From Selaginella moellendorffii (taxonomy: Eukaryota; Plantae; Lycopodiophyta), in NCBI RefSeq assembly GCF_000143415.4, contig NW_003314303.1, forward strand, positions 1,394,676-1,458,675: a stretch of 64,000 bases of DNA, read 5' to 3'. Below the pieces are notes generated by a model. The model did no database searches. It saw nothing but the letters and a program-made list of their open reading frames with translations, and had not been told where the DNA came from. The translations under genes were made by a program, and so were the position numbers. Positions 51,605 through 64,000 of this stretch are shown in pieces. Numbering within the stretch: the stretch's first letter is position 1; each line of letters begins with the position of its first letter.

Positions 51605-53544
51605 ATGGGATAATTCCCTGCCTAGGATAGTAAATTGAGTTTGCATCATGGAAATGGTGAAAAAATATAACACAAAAACACCAACTCAAGCTCCAAAGAG
51701 AATTCCAATGCTACCTATAAAGAACTCAAGCAGCAGGGTGTAAGATTGAGCAAGAAGAGCATTTTTTACCAGTGTTGATTATGGACCCTTGAGCCATTAA
51801 AATCACTTCCAATTGCACAATTATGATTAGCGCCATCATGCCATTACCCAGATGAAGAAACAAAGCTTAAGCTTCAGAGGTAGGAGAAGAGTGAGCTTAG
51901 CAAGCTGGATCCTAATGCTAATGTCACTACCAAGGTAATCGGATTGCATATACCATTCTTTTTAGCCTTACCCACTCTTCTCTATGGTGCTGCCAATGAC
52001 AATGTAGAAAGCTACTCAAATTTACTTTAAAACACTGGTTTGTAAGGCAGGATATTAACATGTAAATTTGATTAAAAAAATTAGAGAGAATTTTAACTTA
52101 GATTGATAATTATTCTATATCTGAAGTCCAAACGGCTTAGTTCTTAATGTTTTATGATACATAAAATATAAGACTATGTATATAAAAAACATTAAGTACT
52201 ATGCTGTTACAATAATTCTGTATTATAGATTTGCATTTTCATAAAAGTTTTGATATTTATAATAAGTTATTAAAAGCCCAATAAAAATTTGCATTAAGAA
52301 ATGAAAAATAAATTTTATATTCTTATAGTCTCAAAACACAACCAATACCTTTATTAAATGTGTTTGTTGGCCATAAGATTTTCTTTCCTCCATATATTAA
52401 GTTGCAATCAATATCTAATTATGTGAAGGTAGATTCATGGAGAAGTGAACTTTGAATAAAGATAGAGAGATTGTTTTTTTTTTAATCATATTGTAAAATA
52501 TTGTAACTTGAGTACAGCTTCTATGATTATAGTTTATGCATAATAATTGATGATAGTTTTATCCAAAATAGCTAAGTGTGGTCTTGAATAATTTAAGACT
52601 CGAGAGCTAAGAATTTTAGTATTTAAATTCTGGTAATAATAATGTGATTATATTTTGATGAAATTCATATTAAATACAAGTTAAGTATTTATCATAATTT
52701 TCTAAAAATATTAAATCAGATATAAAAGCCATAGGTTTAATATTAAATCTGGGTGGGATAATTATAAACATTGATAAGAATATGTCTAAGAATAAATACA
52801 CTCATGTCCAACCACAAATGTGATTTTTTATTTATAGATATTAGAAACTGTGATGATAATAAATATTGATGTGGTATATTTTTGTAACCACTTATTAAAG
52901 AAAAAAGTAAAAAAATTTCACTTACCAGGCGTAATACTTTCTTGCCTATGAATGTTGAAAAATAAAATTATTTCTCCAAGCCATGTGGATTATAGTTTCT
53001 AAAAAATAAGTTGAAAGTAAGTTTGACAAACAAGCATAAATACAGTCATAGTATAGAAGTTTTGGTAGAATTGAACATAATTATATTGAATGCTTACAGT
53101 TTTAGTGGCTAATCACCTAATATGTTATATGTATATTGGGTAAATTCTATTTCTATTTTTTTTATAATTTTAAAAACTAGTAATCATCATTTTATAGGAG
53201 CAATAATTTATAATGATTGTTGGGTATTTATAATTGTTGGGTTGGTTATGAATCAGGATACACAACCACTCTATAATTCATATTGAATCAACATGGATGC
53301 AGTTTAATGATATGAATTTTACTTGGAATCTATAACTTTTATCCAGTGGCAGTTTCTGCTTTTAAAACACAGCTAGCATTCTTGACTAAATCGTCCTCAC
53401 AATCATACCATACAAAAGGATTATACATCTCTTACTTTATTTGCTAAAAAATATATATTAAAAGTAATAAACTTCACAATGGCAAAGGCACTGAAGTCCA
53501 AATAAACAAATGGGACCCCTCAATCTATGGTGATTGTTCCACCT

Positions 53545-54070
53545 TCTCCTCTGATGGACACGTTGATCGTGCCGGATTTGCAACACCACTTTGCGGGGCT
53601 GGACGGGTCAGCCCAGATTCCAGTGTTTTGGCTGGGGAAGCTTTGCTTCAGCACCATCAGCGATAGCGTATGCTCGCTCTCCGACAATCTGTGCAAGACA
53701 ATGCAGCAGTGGAGCATCAATCTCCTCATCCTAGTTTGGTTAGTAGTTTGGGATGCTCAATCCCCGGCTCAGTGAGGCCCAGCAATTCCAACTCTCCTAG
53801 CATTGCCTGGACGAGAGGCTGATGAAGGGATTGATCGCGCTGGCGTGCCCTGATCGCGGCTCCCGAATCCTCGTCACCTATCTCGTCGAGGCTCTCAAAG
53901 GGTCTAGCGACGACAGCGGTGGTTGGAGAGGGAGGAGATTTGGAGTCAGAGTCACAGTAGCAGCAGCACCACCAGTGAGAAGATCTCAAAGTCACCAGAT
54001 CTCTCCACCAGTGTATGTAGTGGCGATGCCAGGTGAGAAGGGCAATGCTCATTGCTCTCACCAGGGACAC
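53545..54070 (+). pseudogene. Inverted partial duplicate of the 54565-55494 gene
   Basis: DLQHHFAGLDGSAQIPVFWLGKLCFSTISD and MKGLIALACPDRGSRILVTYLVE, with deletions and frameshifts; lacks the C-terminal domain. Confidence 0.88.
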
Positions 54071-54564
54071 TTTATCAGGTGTCACCTATTTATTTTGCTT
54101 CTTTATGTAAAGAGTTTAAGCTTCTTAATCTTCATAATTAATCATCTTGACTAGCTACATGGCAACTCTTGATCTTGACATATCTAAATCCTCCATAACA
54201 AGTGGAAGATATATTATATTTTACTATTGTATTTTAAATTTTTTACATGCTAGGTCTTAGTCCAACAATAGTCACCACTGTGCATATTCAACGCTCACAA
54301 GTAATACAATTTTTATTTCAAGCTCAAAAAATATGCGTTCTATAGTAAAATTCATACGCATGTATGTAATAATGATCCTAATAAAATTTTAAATATGCAT
54401 GAATATATTTGGGATATTTTAAACAAATAAAAATGCAGGTTTGTGTCACTGTTCGTGTATACAGGAGCTAAAAATCTTTGTTTGACAATGTTTGCCTTTC
54501 CTAGTCCTGTCTCTCTCTCTCTCTGCAAGTTGGTGATGTTGGATTGGATCCTATCTAGTGTGTG

Positions 54565-55494
54565 TCAAGATAATCGATACACGTCCATGGGTGTGACGAC
54601 GCTCCTCGTCTCCGGACTGATTGGAACTTGCGGCTTCGCTAACCATTTGTACAGCGCCGTGCCCCTGTAAAGAAACGCATGATCGTCGCCACCGCTTCTA
54701 GAGCCGCTGCTCTGGATCACCGCCACCACGTCGAAGCTCACCTTGCCACTGGATTGGAGCAGCAATGGCTCCAGAGTGATGGAGCAAACCGGCGACGCCA
54801 TCAGTCTCCGCTGCTCCTGGGCCGACCCTACAAGATCTTCGTCCCTGTCCCTCGTGAGAGCGACGAGCACCGCCCTTCTCACCGACGCTGGCATCGCCGC
54901 TACGTACATGTGATCGATCCCAAACTCCTGGCAGAGAATTCTCGCGGCCTTGAGATCTTCTCGCTGCTGCTGCTGCTGTGACTCCGACTCCAAATCTCCT
55001 CCCTCTCCAGCCACTGCTGCCGTTGATCTGGAAGCGAGACCCTTGAGAACCTCGACGAGATACGTGACGAGGATCCGGGAGCCGCGATCCGGGCACGCCA
55101 GCGCGATCAATCCCTTCATCAGCCTCTCGTCCAGCCAGTGCTGGAGGAAGAGCTGCTCGAGCGCCCGGGTGATGGCGGACAAGAGCTGGAATTGCTGGGC
55201 CTCGCTGAGCCGGGGATTGAGCATCACCATCCCGCTAAACAGCACCTGGACGAGCAGATTGATGCTCCACTGCCGCATTGTCTTGCACAGATTGTCGGAG
55301 AGAGAGCGCACCCTATCGCTGATGGTGCTGAAGCAAAGCTTCCCCAGCCAAAACACTGGAATCTGGGCTGACCCGTCCAGCACCGCAAAGTGGTGTTGCA
55401 AATCCACGCCCACCAGCGGTGCGATCACTGTGTCGATTGAGGAAAAGGCGACATTCCAGCACGCCCTGTAGTGTGAGTGTGATCCGGCATCCAT
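54565..55494 (-). CDS. Uncharacterised ~309-aa protein with a divergent U-box/RING-like C-terminus
   Basis: GC-rich uninterrupted ORF. C-terminus CSITLEPL...FLYRGTALYKWL...SPETRSVV resembles the U-box pattern CPIS/T..L....Y....I..WL....CP.T. An upstream exon is possible. Confidence 0.65.
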   Translation of the reverse strand: MDAGSHSHYRACWNVAFSSIDTVIAPLVGVDLQHHFAVLDGSAQIPVFWLGKLCFSTISDRVRSLSDNLCKTMRQWSINLLVQVLFSGMVMLNPRLSEAQQFQLLSAITRALEQLFLQHWLDERLMKGLIALACPDRGSRILVTYLVEVLKGLASRSTAAVAGEGGDLESESQQQQQREDLKAARILCQEFGIDHMYVAAMPASVRRAVLVALTRDRDEDLVGSAQEQRRLMASPVCSITLEPLLLQSSGKVSFDVVAVIQSSGSRSGGDDHAFLYRGTALYKWLAKPQVPISPETRSVVTPMDVYRLS

Positions 55495-55977
55495 ATCCAC
55501 TCAAGAGAGAAGGAATATAAAAAGAGAGAGATAACCTAACCACCTATGGCCCCCTGGCGATCGCAACCATTTCTTCCCGGTGGCGACCGCATTGGCAGCG
55601 ATTTCCCAGCGGCGCCGCGCTCATCGCCTCCACTCCTCCTCCACGCCGCCGCCGCGCCGCCACCTCTCCATTCCGATGTGACCCCTTCGCTAGCCCTAGT
55701 CATTTGGATGAGAACAGAACCACGTGGCGCCGCCGCATTGGCCTGCGGCGTCAACACAACGCGTCCACTTTCCATTGGCCCGCCATAGATCAAATTTCTG
55801 CCTAGTGGCGGGAGCGCGCATCCAACGGCAGAGATTCAACTGGGCCCCGATTGGCGCGCGAAACAGTTGACGGCGGGGATTGGATTAATGCCACAGATCC
55901 AACCGCTGTCGTTTGCCCTTCTTGTTCTTTGTTTGTTCTTCGTCCTCCTCTCGCCCTCTCTTTCGCCGCGCGCAACC

Positions 55978-58900
55978 TCAAGATAGAATTCCCAGGCCCT
56001 TCATCGTTTTCGTCAGCTCCTCCAGATTCAATGGCTTGGTCAGGTACGCGTCCATTCCAACCCCTTTGCACTTTTGCTCGTCGCTGGCCATGGCGTGCGC
56101 CGTGAGGGCAATTATGGGAACTCGACAAGCGCTACCACTGTTTTCGCTGGCTTTGCTGCTCGATCCACCCTCCAATTCGCGTATGCGAGCCGTCGCGGCA
56201 TAGCCATCCATGACAGGCATCTGCAAATCCACCAGTAGGTCAGAGAAAAAAATCGCGACAAACAGATGGATAGATAGATTCCACCGCAATCCAGTCCAGG
56301 AGCAAACAAACAAACTGAGAAAAACAGAGGATTTTTTCCATACCTGACAATCCATGAGAACTAGATCCATTCTCCGCTTTTGCTGCACTGGATCGGGACT
56401 CCATGGATCATCCGCCAAGCTCGCAGCGATGGAGCTGACAGCCTCCTCGCCATTGGCAGCGAGCTCCACGATCGCTCCCTCTCGCTCCAGCATCGCTTTG
56501 GTCACCTTTTGGAGAAGCACCGTGTCCTCCACCACCAGGATTCGCAGCTCCGCCAAGCTCCCACTTCTCCCCTTCCCAGTGTCACCATCCTCGCTCTCAT
56601 CCACATCGCCGTCACTCCGCCGCCGCTCCTCCGCCAGCCCACGCTGTTGCTGGTGCTGATCCAGTGACAGCCTGGAGAGCTCCTGTGCCGATCCACTCCG
56701 GCTCCGCGAAGAAAAGGAGGATCTTTTCTCGCAGCTCGGCCTCTTGGCGTTGCTCCACCGCTGCTGCTCCGCCACCAAGTGCTCAAAGTGCTGCCCCTGG
56801 AGCTCCTCCACCAGCGCCGCCAGCCGCGAGCTATGGACGGGCTTGTGGACGATGAGATCGCTCCGGCTGTGGAGCGTCTGCCACACGAGATTGGTCGTGT
56901 CGGCCGAGAAGATCCAGCTTATGTGCACGCACTTGCCACTCCCTCGTGAGCTCCGGACGAGCTCGTCCAGCTCCATCCGGAACTTGGTGGTGATGGAGGC
57001 ATTCCCTTCTGGGAAGAGCGCCGTATCCAGCATCGCCAGGCACAGCACGCTCCTCCCTCGCGGCGAAGGCGATGATCTCGCGTTGCTCTCGGTGGTGATA
57101 TCCAGTGACGAGTCCGCGGAGCAAACGCTCGTTCGATCCGCGAGAGCTCGCTCCAGGCTCGGGATGATGCTCTGCCACTGCGAGACCTCGCAGACCTGTG
57201 CTGCTCCTTTGTTTTGCATCCACAGGGATACAAACTTCCGACCAAGCTCGCCCGCCATCGCCAAAACCACCTGGAGGTTCTGTCCCTCGAGTCCGTCAAC
57301 CCGGGCAGCGTTTTCCAAGAGCTGGCTCTCTTCTCCGAAAGATTGCTGGTGCGAGCCGTTGCGACGCAAGCCCGAGTGTGTAGTCTGGATATCCCTGCTC
57401 GACGCCTTCTGGAAGAGGAGATTAAACTTGAAGAGCGTTCCTGGGCCGTCTTTGTTGGCGACTTTGATCTGGCCTCCCATCATATGCACCTGGGAAGAAA
57501 CAAAAACGAGATTTTTATGCGAGGATCGATCGAAGAACTTGATGTTGGCTTACCAGGGAGCGAACGATCGCGAGGCCCAGCCCGGTTCCTCCATACGTGC
57601 AGTGGACTTTGGAGCTCCCCTGGACAAAGTTTCGAAACACTGCCTCGCGTCGCGACTGCGGGATTCCTTGTCCGGTGTCGTCCACTTCGAACTCGAACTC
57701 GAGAGTGTCACTGCTGCTGCCCTGTGATCGAGCCGGGATCTGCGAGGACCTGCTGCTACTGCTGCCGCTAGTCCTCAAGCAGCTGACGAAAGTTTTCTGG
57801 AACCAGCGGCCGGACCGCCGGCTCGCGCTCGCCACCCAGCTCTGCGAGGAGGATTGCTTGGGAAAAGCTCGGAGGATCACGTAGCCGCGGCTCGTGAACT
57901 TGACACCGTTGCTGAGGAGATCGCACAGGAGCTGCTTCACTCGTCCAGCGTCGCCTCGCACCCATCGCACTAGCTCGATGCTGTCGTCCGGCAGCTCCAG
58001 CACCACTTCGATGCCTTTCTTGGCCCCTACCACCGCGAAGATGTCCACTGCCTCCTCCAAGACTTTGATGAGGTCGAAGTCCGCCACCTCCAGCTCCAGC
58101 TTGCCAACCTCGGCCTTGCTCATGTCTAGAATCGAGTTTAGAATCCCTGCGAGAAGGAAAAAACGATTTTTCTCGTCATCAAGCTTGAGAAGGAGATGAT
58201 CGCTCACCTAGAAGAGTTGTAGCGCAAGTTTTCATTTGTAGCATGTTGGACTCGAGCTCCACCGAGAGGCGCTCCTTGTAAGACAGGCACAGATCGATCA
58301 AGCCGATGATGGCAGCGAGAGGAGTCCGGAGGTCGTGGCTCATGTTGGCGAAGAAGAGCTTCTTGTGGTTGCTCCGTTTCTCGGCGAGCTTGGTGGCTTT
58401 CACCTGTGCGATGTAGGATTGCTCCACTCTCATGGAGATGCTCACTCCCTTTGTGAGCATCACCACAAGGCAGCACCCCATCAGCACCGTCGCGAGAGCA
58501 ATGCCGAGGAAAATCATCCCCAGAGTGTGCAGCCGAGCGTCCAGTCCAATCTCCAAGCTCCTCACCGAGATGATCAACACGGCAACCTTTCAGCTCACGT
58601 AGAGTTAGCGAAGAAAAAAGAGAGAAAAGAACGCAAACAACGTAGAACTTTGAGAAAAGAGAAAGAGAAAAGCGCAATCAGCGAAGAACTTCGTCAAGAA
58701 AGGAGAAGAAAAACGATGGCTTACCAGATTTTGTCCAATGCTTGACAATGGCACCGTGTTCACGTGATAGTGAACGCCATCCACCAAAACGTTCTCAAAG
58801 TGCCGAGGAGACGAAGTCAAGCTCGAGTTTACTCGATCCAAAAACGAAGATATCCTCGCCACCAGCGCGTCGCTCGAGTCCCTGGCGAGTGGAATCGTAA

Positions 58901-60330
58901 AGTTTGCTCGATCCACGTCCCCGACTGCGTAGCTCGATCCATAAATCCCGACCAAGCGGCCATCGTCCGTCATGAGGAACATATGCTGCTGGAAAGCATC
59001 CACTTGACGCATCATGTTCTCGAAAGATCTCGTCACAAAAGCCACGCCGCTGGTTCTCGAGCTCGATCTCACGGCTTGCATTCCCAAGAGTGACAAACTC
59101 CCGGACGAGTCGGCGGTGATGTCCCAGAAGATCTTTCCACTCGTGTCGTTGAGAGCTGCCTGGTAGAGAGACGAGCGAGCAGTGTAGAACAGGCATGGCG
59201 ATGGCGTCTGCGCTTGCTCGACCTTCCCCGTGACCGGATGAACTAGTTGGCGAAACCATCGAAAGGAGTCCGGCGAGACACACGACTTTCGGTGCGTGGA
59301 CTTCGAGTTTCCAGTGGACGAGAAGAAGTAGGCGTCGTCGCTCCTGCTGGAGTTCGAGTCGGCAAAGGCCATGAAAGAGAGATCCCGAGTGAAGAATCCG
59401 GCAGCGCTGCTGCCCGGCCTCATGAAGTAGCCAGTCCACAGCAAGCTCTTGAGCTGGAACGAGAGAAAGTTAGCAGGAAATCCAGTACTCGCGATAGAAC
59501 TGGTGAGCTTTCTTTCACTCGTACCTGAGGAGGGGAGGATGTCAAGCTCGCGTTGGAGGCCGAGAGGAGGCGAGAAAGAAGCGACACCGAAGTGGAAGTG
59601 TAGTTTAGAGCGAAATCCAGCGGCTTCTCGATGTCAAACGCAGCCTCGGTTCGCAAAGAAGCAACGAGAGGAGCGATGGATCGTCGAATCTGGCTCGAGG
59701 CAACGTACCACGCGCTCACGGTGAGTATAGTCACGAGCAACACCAGCATCACCTGGAAGAACACGAAGAACACGATTAGCTCTCTTCGATTCTTCCGTGT
59801 TTCGCGGGAACACGCCAAGAATCGCTACGAAACAACGAGGACGACGAAAACATAAAGACAAGAAAAAGTTGGCGTACCATGAGGGCGATGCGAGGGAAGA
59901 GCATGGGATCGCTCGCTACTTGCTGCCAATGCGATCGCTTCATCGCCCACTCGCGCAAGATCTCCAGAGAAAATCTTCTCAAAGGTGGCGGCGGCGGCGG
60001 TGGCGGCGGTGGCGGCCGGGGCGGCGATGGCGCTTCTTCGTTTCCATTTCCCTGGTTCTCTCGCACGGCGCCGCTCTCCAGCCCATTCGAATCTGCCGAA
60101 AGATTCCCAGAGAAGTGGCTGGAGATCGTCGCGTTGATCGTGGAGAGGCGGGGACTATCCGGCGTGGAATCACTCTCGTAGAACTGGTGGCTGGAGCTGC
60201 TAATGCGAAGAACACCCATGGGATCGCCTCTCATGCCCAGCGAGCTACATTCCAAGCAGCGCGAGGCCATGGATTGGCACAAGCGTCCCCAGTAAGCATC
60301 CTCTTCTCCTCCCGCCGCCGGCTCGCCCAT
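55978..60330 (-). CDS. Membrane-bound hybrid histidine kinase, CKI1/AHK1-like (TM-sensor-TM-HisKA-HATPase-receiver)
   Basis: H-box FFANMSHDLRTPL, N-box LLSNGVKFT, G1 DDTGQGI, G2 GGTGLGL and receiver ILVVEDT...LMDCQMPVMDG...IIALTA...TKP. Two hydrophobic segments flank an extracellular region. GT-AG introns, e.g. 59753-59877. Confidence 0.92.
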
Positions 60331-61709
60331 GGATCGATCGATCTCTCTTTCTCACAGCCGCCGCGGACCCATCATCTCCTTCCTCGATTCCTGCCTACCC
60401 ACGATCGATCTAGCACCGATCCCCGCTGGGAATCCACCGCCCACCATCTCTCTTTCTCTCTTCTTCTTTGTTCTTCCTCGATCCCGCCCAAGAACGATAT
60501 ACTACCGATACCTCATGATCGGGGGCGCGTCGCCATCGCCACGAGGATCGCAGCTGTGCCCTCATCCCCCCGCGACAATCGATGGATGCGGCAGTGTTTA
60601 TGGGATTTTCTTCCGAGAAATCCTGCCCAGATTCGATCTCTCTCTGATAATGCCATCGCCGCTTTGTTGTGCGTGAGCGATCGATCGATAGCTCGATCGA
60701 TCACGCATACCACACTGCCGTGACAAATCCTCCTCTAGCCTTGCCTACTCTCTCTCTCACCCTCTTCCTTGCTCTTGCGCCTCTTCCGATTAACACGGAT
60801 CAAGGCAGCAATCACAGCGCTCCACGATTGCTTCTTCCATGATCGCGGCTATGGTGTTGGGTGAATTCAATGGGTTGGTTTCCAGGAGATTTGATTTGGA
60901 ATATGGCAAATTCAAAAAAAAAAGGAAGAGAAACTCCCCACATTTAATGCCACACCACCATGGCCGAGCTTCTTCCAAGCAGCAGCCATAGCTCGTAAGT
61001 TCCGTTATAGTTCCTTTTTCGCGTTTCTTTTCTCCGCGCTCGATCAAGACTGTTTCAAGCTGCGCATTTATGAGATCCAAAGCGAGCGAATGAATCCTGG
61101 GAACGAAGTTACAGATGAGAACGACGATAGGGAAAGAAAAAAAAAAATGAGAGCTTGAAACATTACCAGCCATAGCTGCGTCGGTCAAGCTTAAACAAGC
61201 AATCGTGTCCCATGTCCGATCAGGATCGCTGAAAACGCTGCTGGAGACGAAGGTGGTTCCATTTTTAATGCCGCGCCGCGCCTTCCAATCCAGATTCTTT
61301 CGGGCGAATCTTGCGGATGTTTTCTTGCTTCCCTCCCTGCATGGTTTTATTTCTATAATAGTTTGTAAGTCCAGAGCACACGAGAGATCATACTAATAAA
61401 AAAACTTACCTTTGTCCTAACATCGCGAGCTTCCAGCGATTATAAAAACATGCTTCGAATTGTTATTTGCGAGATCAAAGTAAGTCAAGCTGCTTCGCGG
61501 AGGTCAAATCTTCGAGACAAAGCGAAACTTACTCGCTTTAAACACTTCGTGGCTCTTTTAAACCTCTGCATCTCTCTGCAACATCCGGAGAAACATGTGA
61601 GCACACAGTCCACACAGAATCATCAGAGACATATCCTAGAGCTCCGTTCTAGCAACGAATACCTTCTTTTCTTTCATACCTTTCAGCCAGTGTATGCGTG
61701 AAGCCGGCT

Positions 61710-63084
61710 ATGGTGCTTCACAGTCTTCTCCTTGCCTTCATTCTCGCCGGCTTGTCATCGGCAACACGCAAAGACACCATCACTGTTACTGGAGTGGTCT
61801 TTTGCAAGAGATGTGTTCATGGCACTGCGGTTGGAACTCCATTACCAGGTAAGCGAAGCAAACACTTTCACTGTGTTTCTTTTCTCTATCTGTAAGAAAG
61901 TCGCAAAAGAGAAGAGGAGTACTTACATTCCAGTCGTAGAAAGTAGAAAGTTATGGCTTTGTCTCGTGGAATCCAGTTTTCCTCCAAAGTCTCCTGCTTA
62001 ACTGATTTTCCTCTTCTTTTTCTTCTTTCTGCAACTTAGTGTCAGTAAAAGGTCCAACTTTGCGTGCTGAGTAAAGCCATACCTTGATCTTCTAACAGGT
62101 GTGGAAGTCTCACTCCAGTACACTGGAAATCCAGCGATTCTCGCATTGACAGACAGCAACGGAGTTTTCAAGCTGCCTGTGAAGAGCGCGTTCTTCGCAG
62201 ATCCTGGTGCAAAAAGCCGACAGCTCTTTGTCAAGATCGTCAGGCTCCCAGACTCCACTTGCCAGATACCAACGACCACCGAGAAAAACGCTGGGATCTT
62301 GTCCAAGGCAGCACGAAGAACAGGCATCTTCACGGTGGGAGCTTTTACTTTTCGGCCACAGAAGACCCTGTGCTCGGAGCTGCCTCCATCGCTTTCCAAC
62401 ACCTCCATCATACCGCCACTTCCGCCAGCAATCTTCCCGTTTCCTCACCCTGGCTATGGCGGCGCTCCGCCGATTGGAAGCTCGCCTTTCCTCCCATTCT
62501 CTCCACCACCATACGAAGAACTCCCACCACCGCCAAACGCCGAGCCGCCGGAGATCGTCATTCCACCGCAACCAACATCTCCGCCACCACCGCATTCTCT
62601 TCCGCCGGCCCCTGTTCGTAGAAACAACGGGCCGCCGCCACCGCTACACGCTCTTCGTCCTCCTCTTCCACCGCCAGCCCCGCGGATGAAATCCCCTCAC
62701 CCCTCACCGCCAGCTCCATATGTCCGAGACAAATCACCGCCACCGCTTCCAAAGCCGCCAGCTCGAAGCAAATCGCCACCCCGTCCAAAGCTCTCTCCGC
62801 CGCCGCCAGCTCGAAACAAACCGCCGCCACCGCTTCCAAAGCTCACACCTCCCCCTCCTCGAAACAAATCGCCACCGCCGCTTCCAAAGCTCTCTCCTCC
62901 GCTAGGACCACCAAAGCACGCTCCGCCTTCCAGGGCTCCCAGTCCTGGAAGAAAACCACTGCCATCGCCATCGCCATCGCCGACGCCGCCGCCATTTCCA
63001 TCACCATCGCCGTCGCCACCGCGTAAAGAGAGCCCTAGAGCGCCATACCTTCCATCACCACCGCATTGCCAGCAAAAACCCTAA
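61710..63084 (+). CDS. Pollen Ole e 1 domain / proline-rich extensin-like cell-wall protein (intron 61849-62098)
   Basis: Signal peptide, VTGVVFCKRC..PLPGVEV, TDSNGVF and later Cys residues; C-terminal SPPP/KPP/PSPSP repeats. Confidence 0.88.
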
Positions 63085-63301
63085 TACCCGGGAAAGGGAA
63101 GTTTTCAAATGATATTAACTTTCTAGCGATCTGGGTCTTCATGCAAGGATTCTTCTGGGATTTCAATGCCCATAGTCAGTCACAAGGGTCACGACAGAGA
63201 AGTATTTTTGCAAGGATTCTTCACGACGATCTTATACCATTGTTCTAGTCAGATTGTCTTTGAAAGAACCAAGGTAATTTTAATGCCATAGTCCAGCACA
63301 G

Positions 63302-63650
63302 TCAAACAGTCCAACACGAGGAAGCATGAAGTATTCCTCTGATTTCGGGCAACAAGGCCGACTCCGTGCCCGACAATACACTTCTAACCCCCGTCAGGTA
63401 TCCATCAGGGCAGCGGCCGAAGTTCTCCACGATGAAAACCTCGTCCCCAAAGCTCGTCATCACGCTCTGGTTCTTGCTCACGTATGGGAGATACTTAGGC
63501 CTCAAAAGCTGAGTTGCCCGTAAGCGAGCATAGTTCCAGCCTCCAGCCCGGCAGCTTGTCCAGATAATCCAGCTTGGTGACGAGCATCCAGCATCCGCCA
63601 GACCCACACTCCCAGCGGCTGCACATTGTCGGGACTGGCAGCAGCAGTAT
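63302..63650 (-). pseudogene. GC-rich coding-like fragment of unknown family
   Basis: GC-rich island with two overlapping minus-strand ORFs, abutting AT-rich DNA; no recognisable motif. Confidence 0.25.
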
Positions 63651-64000
63651 CCTTAATGTTAGTTAAGGGTATCTTTCTTTTTTGGTACATACCAACTAAA
63701 CTTTTATCTCTTATTAAAAAATAAATTGCTACAGGTTGGTTGGTTTGCAATGCTTGGTTTGCTAAATAATAGTGTTATTTTTACTTATTAATTCAATTGA
63801 TCAAATAAAGTTTATAATTAAAAGCATGTTTGTAATTTATAAACACAAAATTAATCTTGTTGCATATCAACCATTAGATGAAAGAATAAAAATAATATAT
63901 TTGAAAAGGCTTAAGAAATTTTATAAATTATAAACATGTTTATAAATTATAAATACAAGATTAATAGTAGAATATCCTAGAATATCCAAGTATATTCTAG

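Larger units (their letters stand above)
50385..54360. mobile_element. Candidate TIR (Pack-MULE-like) element: ~280-bp imperfect inverted repeats enclosing a gene fragment
   Basis: 50385-50690 is an imperfect reverse complement of 54095-54360 (ttggactaagacc..tagcatgtaaaa..caatagtaaaata..ttatggaggatttagatat). No TSD identified. Confidence 0.4.

Noticed and set aside
55978-60330. Bacterial contamination or recent HGT of a two-component kinase
   Set aside because: It has spliceosomal introns and a plant AHK-type architecture.

Overview
Eukaryotic plant genomic DNA. Very short GT-AG introns (often 45-75 nt), GC-rich exons and AT-rich TE remnants suggest a compact lycophyte genome such as Selaginella (inference). 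Positions 1-46.3 kb form a repeatedly duplicated, partly decaying module of specialised-metabolism-type genes: a class-V PLP enzyme (cysteine desulfurase/C-S lyase-like), an ABCG half-transporter, a family-1 UDP-glycosyltransferase, a CYP88-like P450 (fragments only) and a CYP71-clan P450, followed by a single DHAR. The PLP, ABCG, UGT and CYP71-clan types each keep one intact or near-intact copy beside deletion-riddled copies; the best UGT carries one frameshift. Interspersed are LTR retroelements with target-site duplications and several Cassandra-like TRIMs with 5S-rRNA-derived LTRs. The right part holds AT-rich repeats, an orphan gene with a divergent U-box-like C-terminus plus an inverted partial copy of it, a CKI1/AHK1-like hybrid histidine kinase and a Pollen Ole e 1/extensin-like gene. 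All coordinates and comparisons were made by eye; no databases were searched.
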